A DNA stretch of 63,909 nt, counting the filler, from Platydemus manokwari (lineage: Eukaryota): the NCBI GenBank assembly GCA_037951405.1. It is 5 parts of 5 records of this genome, joined end to end, with 100 filler letters (N's around TTAATTAATTAA, not from the genome) between each part and the next. Parts side by side here need not be neighbours in the genome. Positions count along the whole stretch, not along the records: positions 27,785 to 43,308 come from JBBMOY011279206.1; positions 43,409 to 54,809 come from JBBMOY010698874.1; 3 more parts are not named here. One strand, written 5' to 3'. A program made the translations under genes and the position numbers. Positions 38,941 to 50,681 of the stretch are shown in pieces. Under the pieces are notes generated by a model. That model had not been told where the DNA came from. It saw nothing but the letters and a program-made list of their open reading frames with translations, and did not search any database. The first letter of the stretch is position 1, and the number at the start of each line of letters is the position of its first letter.

Positions 38941-40319
38941 CAAAGGTAAATGAAGAATAAAACTTTAACTAAACAAAAGCAATGTAGTCTGTTACAAGAG
39001 TCGAATTTCGATGTTGTTAGTTTTTAGGGTGATTTTCATTTATTCTTAGAGTTAAAGTCTGTGATAAGTATTTTTTTATCAATAATAATTTACTTTCATT
39101 AATTTATATCGTAACATAATCAAATAAATAAAATAGTGGTAGTGTATGTTATGTATTAGCTAATAATGAAATCTGAAGATTATAATTTGAACTACAAGAA
39201 TCGCAGGTTCGACTCGTCAATAGATACAATTAAAATCGTATTACAGCAGAATAATATCATTCAATACGAGATCAGCACATAAAAACCGAATACAGAATTG
39301 AAAACAACCATGAAGACTAAATGTCGGGAAAGTCACAAAAATCAAAGATCAAAATGAAGGTTTCCGATCAAAAAAGACTAGCAGTTACTCTTGAAACCAA
39401 CTCCTTTATAGGCCTATTGTGTGTGTTCTCTCGATGTCTTAGAGCTTTATTTTTCATTTGGTAGAATCGTTCATACACTGATATGTGAGTAATTTTTCTT
39501 AAATCTCTCGTGCCATTGACGAATATTGGTTTTTTTGCAATTTGTTGGTATGCGCCAGTCGATTGTTAACTTCTAAATACGGATTGATATATAGAGGGAA
39601 TATGATTTGCTATTGGCAGGAGAGCTTATTTAATGTAGGTGTATCAAATCTTAAAAGGTTATTTTCATAGTTCCCGTGAATATTATGGTCATTTTTGTGA
39701 CATATCCAATATGTATATAAAATATTAAAACAGTAAAAATAACAACCGCATGTAAAAATACTAATAAAATCTAAAAAGGCATATTTGTGAGGGATATTAA
39801 TTTAATAAATATAAAAATAAAAGAAATAAAGAAAAATGTTTATGAAAAAGTAATAAAATTAATGAATATAAATATTTATATTTCAAAATTTTTAAGGCCA
39901 TATAAAATTAAAAATTGAAAAAATATCATTTGTTTCGATTAATGAAAAATAATTAACCTGAGATAAAATAGCAATTTGTTAAGATAACGCAAGTGTCAGA
40001 TATCTATAAATGGAAATGTCTCTTTTAGAAATACTAATCCTACTTTTCTGCGACTAAGTAAGAAAGAACTTATATCACAACTTATATATCATGACTAAGA
40101 ATTCCGACGTGTAAGTGCAAGTGATAAATATTTTTGATAACATCGGAGCGATTTTATTAAAAACGTTGTTGTGGCATCAGAATTATGATGCGGTCAATTA
40201 TCTAGATTTGTAATAATAACTGAGATTATCATAAATTAAAATTCCCACATGGAGTACTGTTGAACGAGATGAAATTTTGCAAAAAGAAAAACTAATTTTC
40301 ACCTTGAAAAGCTAATTTA

Positions 40320-40560
40320 AGCACTTCAAACATTTGCATGCCTACGCAGCTCTACAGGCATAGCAACCAACCAATCACACTCATACAAAAAGTTAAAAAT
40401 CCAAAAGAGACATGGAAAAGCAAGAATCGAATCAAAACTTAATACAACATGACACAAAAAATCAGACACAGATCTCGAATATAAAAATCGATGTAAAGAT
40501 GACCAGCTACCAGTTGGAAGCCAAGTTTTTGATTGATATTTTGTAAAGCCTGTCGAGTCT
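40320..40560 (+). repeat. Dispersed repeat (Gypsy integrase tail family)
   Basis: Similar to 21280-21530, 29690-29835 and the reverse complement of 18230-18460. Confidence 0.6.
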
Positions 40561-40839
40561 TGCTACGTATTATTTGGACTGGGTAGTACACAAGCGAAAT
40601 ACAATATTAGCTTTCAATTTTGAAGTCAGAGCTTAATTAATTGTTTGAGGTTCCAACAGTACTTACACAGTAATTGATTTAACCTTTTAGATTTTGACAA
40701 TGTACTTGATTAAATTGAAAAGTTTCTCTTCACACAAATTGTAGAGGTCGCTTACGGAAGCAGTGAAAATCATATAATATAATAATAATAAATTTATTAT
40801 AATTATTATTATTTAAATCTACCCAAGTGTGAATTAATA

Positions 40840-41220
40840 CCTTAGCCATGAAATGATAGTCTTGATGTCAGAACAAAACAATTACAAGTAATTCATCCAG
40901 TAACATCATTTGAAACATATTTTGAAGCTCCGATAACCCATAATTTGGTATAAAATACTTATTATTAAATCTTGTCTTTCACGCAATTAATATTTTTAGG
41001 ATTTTTCAGTGATTCTGTTTCTTCCTTCAATGAGGGTGGTAAATATATTTTATTCAATAATTACAGTCTTATTCACTAATAAAATGTATGTACAATACAA
41101 TACACAACAATTGAATTCTGGATTGAATACATCGATTTGAGACCTCTATACTATTAAGATTTTCTATCGGAATTTCTTTACAAATATTGAATTTGTTCAC
41201 GAATTTGAATTCAAAACCAA
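40840..41220 (-). pseudogene. Degenerate cadherin-like fragment
   Basis: GFEFKFVNKFNICKKFR*KILIV and TVIIE*NIFTTLIEGRNRITEKS. Confidence 0.2.
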
Positions 41221-41469
41221 ATATATAGTTTTATAATATTTTAAATAAAATAAAAATAATATTAATATACCACGATCATGCTGTCGGTTAGTAAATATCG
41301 AGTTGTTAAGCATTGATAAGAAATAGATGAATAAACTATTGAGTAATTAAGCTTGTCTTCATCATTGGTATTATTAATCTTTCCAAACTGATTTATTTTA
41401 GATGACATGAATTGTAAAAATTTCAGATACAGTCTAACTTTGATGAGGGAATAAATGTAAAAAGTAAAA

Positions 41470-41900
41470 ACATAACATTAATATCAGTAGTCTATCGACA
41501 GTGTTATTTAATATCTATCTGATATTACAGATTTTAATGACTCCCAAATAAGATAATTACATTATCATAAGTTGCTTTAAATCACTCCAAATCCTTTTCT
41601 ATTATCATTTAATCTCAACTTCATTGAATACTTGGTTCAAACAATTGTAATATCACTTCAAACTTTATTGGTCATTTAGAAGACCCATAATTAAACCTAG
41701 TAAAATCAATAAGAATTTGATACTTAATGCATATCATATTAAAATAGCAATACAGTTATGGTTCTCCGTGTATTAATAATATAATGATTCGTTATATAGC
41801 AATTTATTGACCCGTAAATCTTTTTCTTATGTTGATGATACAAAGTTTTTTACAAGAAATATTTATGAGTCGCTGAAGGAAAATAGGCGGAGATACGCAT
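41470..41900 (+). mobile_element. CR1/L2-type LINE remnant (APE endonuclease and RT pieces)
   Basis: TLISVVYRQ (VYRPP), ITDFNDSQI (GDFN) and SYVDDTKF (YADDTK) occur in the expected order with large deletions. Confidence 0.45.
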
Positions 41901-43308
41901 TTATTTTTCGAAAAGAATCAATGATACCATTTGAAAGCGTTTGGAAATAATAAAATATTATTGAATCAAATCAGAAATACATGACAATGTTCGAATATTT
42001 GTAACATGAATTATTTACAATTCCATTCAATCAGATAATGAACAAATCATTTTATCTGTTCCGTTAGTTCTCTGTTTAATTTCATCAATTATCCCAATAT
42101 TGGATTGTAGACTCCATCATCTCCAACTAAAATATCACAAACACTATTTTATTTATTTAACAGAAGATAATAATATTAATCATGATGTTTCGAAAATTCC
42201 CACAAAAACATTGATAATCGAAGCAAAATAATTTTCATTTGAATTTTCAACGTTTTTTCTAAACAATATAATAAATAATTTTTCTGTTTACACTCACACG
42301 TTTTCTATGCCCAAGATACTTTTATATTTCAGACTTTTATTTGTCAAAATAATTGAAATATTATTGATAATATATAATAATATATAATAATATTAAATGA
42401 AAAAGTGTGAATTTAAATTTTTAATAATAATCCTGCTATGATCGAATATTGCAATGTGATTTTATCATTTTTTCTGCAGTTTCAAGTTCATCTGCTGGAA
42501 TTTATCTCAAAATACTTCCAATATCACAGTGTTGTGAATTTTAAACAAGCTTTATTTTGATTTACCACGATGTTTGAGTTTTAATAGAGTTTCGAATTTT
42601 TCTGAAGAAAAATTACGCTTTAAGAGCTAATGAACATCTGAAAAATTCCTCAAATATTAATTCCTGTCGTCTTTGAAATCGACTAATCTAATTTAAACTA
42701 CGCGTGAGATTATTATTAACATCATGACTGTTGTTAGGGTAAATCCTCAACAACACAAACATAGGCTAAGCACATTGGTTTTGACTAATATTTGAGTTTC
42801 AAAAGCATAAATTTCTTTTCAATAAATAACAGATAATATAGGTCTTGAGAGCAAAATCAATAAAAAAAGATTTTAAAAAATAAATAATGATATAAAATTT
42901 AGATATACTCGACAATCTCTATCTTGAAATATTTCGATTTTTTAATTTATCAAGATATTAATTGATTTTTAACCTTCATATTAATCATTTTATGCATACC
43001 TATATTCCTATATGTATTTTTGATTGGTTGTAAATTTCACAGGAGAAGAAGCAAATAAGAGAACATCTCTTGCGTCAAATTATCTAAAGACATTTCTCTT
43101 GTGATAATTATAATTCCTATTGGGAATTAATTCCTAAAAGACAGAAAACTAAAAATAAAAATCTTTAAATTGATTTTTACAAAAAAGCTTTTCTTTTCAT
43201 TAAATTGTGAAAATTTGAAATAAATAAAAATATCAACTCTTTAAGGAAGGAATCATTATTAGTGAAATACTTTTTTTAACTTTTTAATTTTTTTAATAGA
43301 AAAGAAAG

Positions 43309-43408
43309 NNNNNNNNNNNNNNNNNNNNNNNNNNNNNNNNNNNNNNNNNNNNTTAATTAATTAANNNNNNNNNNNNNNNNNNNNNNNNNNNNNNNNNNNN
43401 NNNNNNNN
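43309..43408. other. Assembly linker N44-TTAATTAATTAA-N44
   Basis: Same 100-nt structure. Confidence 0.97.
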
Positions 43409-44198
43409 AACATGCAAACATTGTTTAATTCCAAAAATTAGGAATATTAATTGCTTTTTTCTATAAATAGAGACTTATGTGTAAGACTTTTATCACTAAA
43501 GCCTAAACGCCAACTCGACTTAGTTATTTTCTATAAATGGAATATCTAAAATAATTTTTCCTTAAATATAATATTTTTAAAATTTTATTGTTTATTTTAT
43601 ATGCTAATTTTTATATGAAAAGAAATTATTCTTAACCAAGAATAATTTCTACTGCTTCGTGAGTGGTCAAGATGTTTAAGTACATCAAAGCTAAATTTGT
43701 CTTACAGGAAAGCGCCCTGGTATTTATCAAGGCTAAAATTGAATAACAAAACTCATTAGAATACAGTAAAAGTTTCATAAATTTCTAAATATTTGAAAGA
43801 AAATACAGTGGAAATTGGAATGGAACTAGTTGATGAAGGTTTTTTGGATAGCAACCAATAAACAATGAAACTCTTGAAACAAAAGTTCTGAATCATTCCA
43901 AAAATAAAATATATGCTTGCCGTCTACTCAAACAACTTAAGAATAAATGTTATTTAGAAGATATCTCCTATTTACTGAATAGCATAAAAACGAATGTAAC
44001 TTCATAAAGCAAATCTGATTTTTATTTTCTATAAACTTAATGCCATTGAGTAATGATTATCAAAATATTGGGAACTTCATAATTAAATAAAGACTTATTC
44101 TTGTAAATTTCAAATACTTGAAAAATATTCTCAAAAAGGACCGGTATTCTGGAAAACCGTGATTAACTTTAAATTTGTATTTTCGTGATAGACCAGTT

Positions 44199-44984
44199 CA
44201 GTGGTTTTCAAACAGGGTGCCGCGATTCTTTAGAGTTTCACCAGTACAGTCCAGGGGTTCCGCAATTTCTAAATTAGAATAACGAACAAAAAAACAACAT
44301 TTTAAATTCAATTTCGAAAATTTATTTCATTATTATTATTATTTATTATTATTATTATTTCATTATCATTTTTATTATTTTATTATTATTTATTGTTTAA
44401 ATATACTAAATTTAACATAATTAAAGTCACTACATTTGAAAGATCACTTTGTCCTACCACTATTAGGTTTGCTTTTAGATTTTCAACTCTGACAACCAAT
44501 AAACACAAGTAACGATCACAATTGCTGTCTGTGGAAGATGGACTTAGTGTATGTATGTCACAAACACTACCGAATCTTAAAGTGTTGTGCAAGTAACACC
44601 AGACTCAAATTTTCCACTGAGTTTTTGATAAGGATAAATTTAGTCTATTCAAACATACAATTTTGTTTTCATTTCATCAACAAATATGTACAATACTCTG
44701 AACATAAATATTGATATTTCATTTTAAAAATTAAATGCTGTTTTATGCATTGTAAGCCGATACTATTTTTTAAAAAAAATGCATCGAAAACGAAGTGAAA
44801 AGACACGACATCAAATTCTATTCATAAACAATTATTTAAACAAATAAATATAATTTTATACCAAATTAAATTCAATTTTATATTATCACACGCATAAAAC
44901 AACTAAATTATTGTACAGTGGTTCTTGCAGCCAGAGGAATATTTCAGTGATGTTCATTTCCAGCAAAAAGGTTGAAAACCACTG
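44199..44984 (+). mobile_element. Non-autonomous hAT (Buster/Charlie) transposon, 786 bp
   Basis: TIRs CAGTGGTTTTCAA...TTGAAAACCACTG and 8-bp TSD gaccagtt/gactagtt (nnnTAnnn). Internal transposase C-terminus FSTLTTNKHK*RSQLLSVEDGLSVCMSQ...HQTQIFH*. Confidence 0.92.
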
Positions 44985-45659
44985 GACTAGTTGTATAATT
45001 TGTTTATTGATTTGTATTACCACGTATTTTGTTAAAAAATGTGAGTATTTGCAAAGGAAATAAATTGTGTTTAGGAGTTATTGATCTTACTGATCCTATA
45101 GAGGGCTTCAATAGCTCGTATGAGGACGAAGCTATCAGAAACTTAGACTGAATAAAAAAAGGTTAAAAATGATAATCCTGTAATATATAATCAACTGTGG
45201 CAACGAGGACTTGTGATATCCCGTAGACACCAGAGTAATCTAGAAGTTGAAATATTCTTAATAATCTTATTGACCAAAATGACAACACTTTAAAACCCCT
45301 TTAATTAAATGATTTATTTGAGAAAACGAAACTAAGTAACAATAAAAGAAAACAAAAACAATTTGGCAAATTATGTAGTACTTAATACTTAAAATACCGA
45401 TTACCGGAAGGAAAGAATCAGGGAGACGACAAAAGATAATTCTTTAACAAATGATGAAATGGATTAATTAACAATTATACAATGAGTCGGTGATGATTAA
45501 ATAATCATACGAACACTGTTGAAATAGCTGGACACTGCGGTAGCTCATGTAAGATTCGCCTGTCTCGAAGTGATTACAGTTATCGTAGTTTAACTTTTGT
45601 TGTGGGTAAATTGTGAATGAATGCCATTTTTTTCGTTTAGTTTATATAGTGTTTGCTGT

Positions 45660-46050
45660 GATGCTGTTTCTATAACTGGAATTTGTGAAATAGGAATTTG
45701 TTTGTTGATTGAACTCGATGATCAACTTGAGTTGGGATTCGGGATTTATGACATGAATATTGATTTGTTCAAGATTATTTGACTGAGGACGATTTGATGA
45801 TTTTGGTTTTCAAATAATTGGGCGATTTGTTTATTGTCGGTTAAGGCTTTATTAATTCCGGGGTTTGGATAGGATAATTGAAATTGATTATCGTTGGTTT
45901 GGAATTGATTACTGTTGCTGGGGTTTTATTTGAATTGGAATTAGTTGTTTTTGATTTGGGATTGGTTTCCGGATAATTGGGATTGATTATTGTTGCTAGG
46001 GTTTGAATATATTATTGTTGTTTGCTTTTGATGATGAAAGTGCATCCTCA
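45660..46050 (-). repeat. Degenerate internally repeated Asn/Gln-rich coding-like tract
   Basis: Repeated ccc(c/t)agcaaca(a/g)taatcaat(c/t)ccaa units on the minus strand (SNNNQSQ, SNSNQFQ). Confidence 0.4.
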
Positions 46051-46739
46051 ACACAAATAATAATGATCATTCACAATTAATGTGTTAAAGATATTTTATT
46101 AAAAATCAATCGGAAACTTTGTGTAACGATCATAACTTTCAACGTTAAAACATAGCTCATGCAAAACCAGGATTTAGAAAAGAAGAATATTTATCTTGAA
46201 TAAATTTTATCAAAGCAATAAAGTGCCGTCTGTCATGTACACCGATATCCAAATTTGTATTTTTCTAATAGATACTCAACATTTATGAAATAATATGTTT
46301 TATAAGTAGGAAATTATTTATAATATATGGTATTTATTCTTTAATAATTCGACTTCTATCGGAATCCAGGTATCCTTATTATTACCACGACTACTTCGAA
46401 AAGTTAGACGTTGTTGGTGGAAGACATTATTGATAGGTATTGGTTTGGTTTTTTGCACTCACTGAGAAAATGTCAATGTAGCGTTCAATGTGCTATTCCA
46501 AAACCAGATATTTTCCCAATCCTATTCTTTTCTAGATGCCTCTTCTAAACTCTTGAAAATCATGATGAGAAAGAAATTTAATCCACGTTAAATACATTAC
46601 TTTTAACTGGACACTGAACTAGAACTGCATGAGTTTCACTCTTAAGATGTACAAGACAATATATTAGCAAGTAACTATAATCATCATAGGCACGACACCT
46701 ACTACAAAAACAAGTACATTTATTTTTAATAAAAACCTG

Positions 46740-47260
46740 ATAGTATTTTAATCCTATTCATTCAATGAATTTGGGGCTCTCTGGTTTTTATTAAATAGAT
46801 TGATAATTAATAAACTTTCATTTTCTATTCGCCTCGATCGCACCTTCCCAAAAGGTAATGCATTGGAAATGAAGGTGATATGTTTACTACAAATGAAATG
46901 AATAGCACTTGGCAACTTCAAAATCAAAATTAATTCTTCTTTTAAATACACCTTTATTGATATAAATTACTATTGTTATACACCTATTAGCAAAGATTTT
47001 ATAAATTTATTACTTGTATACATGTAAAAACTAAAAGTTATAACTACAACTTCTGGTAAAAGCTGATGGTTAATAAAATCCCAAGAGGAGTAAAACCAAT
47101 TTGTTCGACATTATTGAGAATAACCCGATAAATAGGGATAATATACGAATATTATAAGTAATCAATGAATTTACAATCGAACAAATTCTTACGTATATTA
47201 TCGATTGATACTCGAGCAAACAATATCAATATCAAATTTTTCTTCCAGTAAATACTCGGC
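46740..47260 (-). pseudogene. Degenerate cadherin-like fragment
   Basis: YINKGVFKRRINFDFEVAKCYSFHL (G.I....[LF]D[YF]E...Y.F.L-like). Confidence 0.35.
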
Positions 47261-48771
47261 GTATTATTGACGACACTGACGGAATCTGACTAGCTTCAAC
47301 GGCTTAGTAATTTGATAACTACACGATGTGCTAGTGGTTTCAATAGGACAAGGTTGAGAGCCTATTTATACTGGTGTTTATTTGGGATGAATTTCCATAA
47401 AAATGTGAGTGCATTATTTTATTATAATAGAATATTTTAATCAAATCTGGGTTGATATTTTCTCAATAGGGACTTTTCTTGTATTTAATTTTACCATTGA
47501 TATTTTTGACAAGATGGTTTATTATTTGTATTTATTATTAACTCGAATTTACACACAGTCTATTAAATTGCTCAGTTGTCAGATCCTTGGTGGAATCAGT
47601 AACTGTCATACTGCTGTTGGGGATTTGATATGGTCCATGATTTTGTAAATTTTAGTCGTAACATTATAAAATTTTATGACAATAATTGTGTTTATGTTAA
47701 TGTTATTTTTTAATGTAACAATTTTCGCATGAATCAATTTTCTTCATATGTACAAAAACTAGACGTAAAATGTAACGGTTATTTTTATGAAAAAAATGTA
47801 ACAATTTATTTTGTTCTAATGAGTTTTTAAAAATAAATTATTAATTAGTAAAATAATAATTATTTGAGATACGATTAAAAATATAAATATATTTAATATA
47901 TCTACAATAAGAATCTACAAGAAGAATCTACAATAAGAAATCCAGAATTGACAACAGAAATGATTATTAAAATCAATCACGAAATAATTTCAATTATTTT
48001 TCGTAAGATCTTGAATGAGGAAAAAGAAATACAGTCAAATAAAAATAAACCCCTTAGCATAAGTCTTTAATTTAACAATTTAAGGCTTCCATCAGTAACG
48101 GAAAAACCTCGTATGTAAACACTAAATAGAGATTGAAAAACATCATAACCATCCTCTAAAAGAATTACTGGAAACCACTAGACTACGAATTTCGAGGAAC
48201 CATAGCTACCCAGATGTTTATGCCATTTTATTGATCGAGAAAGCCATTGTCAATGAATATGAGTTAGATCGCTTTGTAAAATACTAATCATTATTGTAGT
48301 GGTTATCGTTTATTGTTGGAACAAAACACTCTGAAGGTATCTGGTTTTACTCCAAGAGCAGAGGTGTATCAACGGTATCTTAATCCAGAAATTCGTTAGG
48401 ACAGGTCGTTTAAGTGTACCTTATCATTAAGTGTATATTGTATCATTAAAATTATTGTCATTTTATTTAGAAGTTGTTTTTATAATTGTTGTATCAATAA
48501 ACATTGTATATAACACATTGACTGCTCATCGATTGAAGTTTTAAAGTTAAAAGAGTAAATAATAATAAAACCGTTAATAAGTATTGAGACTGATAGAAAT
48601 TAAAATATCGAGATTATCTGCCTTTAATTATTTAAATCTAACTGAAACTATAGCAATCTCCTCTTACTAAGCAGAATTTAAATGAAAATGGCATAAACAA
48701 GAATTACAAAATTAGGCACACGCAAAAAATTTTCAAAGTGTAAAGTTATTGGCAGTGTTTATTAAAATTAA

Positions 48772-48917
48772 CCTTTTCAATACTGCGGGGATATATAAGC
48801 CCCAGAGAATGTTCAAAAACCCATATTTTCTAAAAATCTGAAATTATGTATATATGTTCCTTTATTTATTTGCAGCACATATAGTTCAGTTATACAAAAA
48901 TATTTTCACTGAAAGGG
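48772..48917 (+). mobile_element. piggyBac-family MITE, 146 bp (copy 2, both ends)
   Basis: TTAA|CCTTTTCA...TGAAAGGG|TTAA. The interior matches 13730-13827. Confidence 0.8.
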
Positions 48918-49569
48918 TTAAATCATATCCTTAACATTCTCAATTCAACTAAAAATAAATTTTGTTATTAACATAACATATGAATCTAGTATACCGTGTA
49001 ATAATCGATATTTAAATGTGATGTTAGTGATTGAGTTATTTTTATATTACTGATAAATTTCAGTAGTCTAACAATTATTGATTCAAATAATCTATAAAAG
49101 ACAAGGAAAAAAATTAGAATTACTTCTGATTCTCATTGTTTTATGTTGATTCTGAACTTTTATACAAAATAAGGTCTGCAAAAAAATGAAGTACGAATAT
49201 CAAATTTCCTTTACATCAGTGCTTTTATTTTAAAAACGATCAATTTATTGAAGGCATGTGGATTAAAAAAACGAAGAACATGCTTGCTTAAATTTAAACT
49301 TTGTTAATTTATAGAACTTTATAGAGTTGATAAAAATCAATAGAAACTATTTTTGGGAAATTAACATATTAATATAACAAAAATGCCTTTAAATCAATGG
49401 TTAATATTTCGAAAAGAGCGTCATAGTTGAACCAAAGAAAATCAAATATGTACCAAAACTGCTGAGACAATGTTTTATGCGATGATACCAATTAAGCTAG
49501 ATTAAACAAATTAGAAAGGGGAGTTATAACAGATACTCAGGAGCTACTAGTCCAGCCTGGTCAAAAGTA

Positions 49570-50240
49570 GTTTTAAGTGGTCACCTAACTATTGCTGAAT
49601 TCAGATTTATTCATAGCGCACGAACAGATAACCTTTCAACTCTGAACATAAAGTACATGAGGGATGGCAAGCAGAAAATGCTTATATGAAATGGAATTGT
49701 AAACACATTTTATCTGATATAAACCGTCCCAGTCTTTTAGTACTCTGTCGGTACAACAGAATAGTGGATATATTCATTAAGGAAATTGTTAACAATAACG
49801 ATTACAAAGTCTGTAGTGAAAGAATCCCAATTCACGGAATACACACTAAGGGTGAATATTCAACTAGTAAATAATCGGAAATTTACGTTGAACCTATTCA
49901 ATGTAAAATACTCCATGGAAGAATTTGCATTAATACCCTAAAAAGCTCAAAAAATTACTAAGAAAAATATTCAGACCGTCGAAATGCAATAAAAACAAAG
50001 CAGTCCGACTAGACTGTTCTAGCGGATTCTAGGAACCTTGGAAACACAGATCAATGACGCAGTCCTATAGAAACTCGGGATGGATAAGAAAACAATAAAC
50101 AAAAGTGTTCCTGCTGGCATAAAGTCGAATATAAATGCTAAATATCTACAATGGACGTTCCACACGGGCAATTTGATAACAACAAAGGCATCTTTAAATA
50201 TATCCAGGGCAAAAGTCACTGGACAGCGGAGACATAATTG
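49570..50240 (+). mobile_element. R2/NeSL-type non-LTR retrotransposon 3' remnant (restriction-like endonuclease region)
   Basis: GHLTIAEFRFIHSARTDNL, KHILS...CRYNRIVD (RHN motif), NVKYSME, KY and GTL...NDAVL*KLG occur in the expected order. Confidence 0.6.
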
Positions 50241-50681
50241 ATTGAAACATTAAGTTAATTGCATGATTGAACTAGCGTTTTGTTATTTGTTGAGCAATCA
50301 AAGGAAAAAATCATATAAATTCCATATTTTAATGTTTGAGTATCTCGATTATCAATGTTTATGAATAAATATTGGAAGATTAATAATAATCCTATTTGTA
50401 AGCACTAAATCAGAAAATTAATCAAATTAATCAGAAAATAAGAAAATTAACACAGGAAAACACAACAAATATTTCAATAGAAAATCTGTCATATATTCAT
50501 CAATGATAAATTTTATAATTAACAATGCGTTGTTTTCTGAATATAGGATAAATGGTTGGATGAATCAACTTTACAGCCAAATTAATATCAAGCCAAGCAC
50601 GTCGTCATTTATTGAATAAAAATTTTCAATAAAAGTGTATAAATTAATAATATAAAAGTACTAATACCAAAATCATTACAT

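Noticed and set aside
47900-47940. Short tandem repeats (13-bp x3 here; also 36470-36525 and 58515-58555) as a CRISPR-like array
   Set aside because: There are no spacers and the context is eukaryotic; these are ordinary slippage repeats.
48060-48420. IEIEKHHNHPL, a Mutator/FAR1-like motif
   Set aside because: A single short motif with no TIR or TSD is too weak to call.
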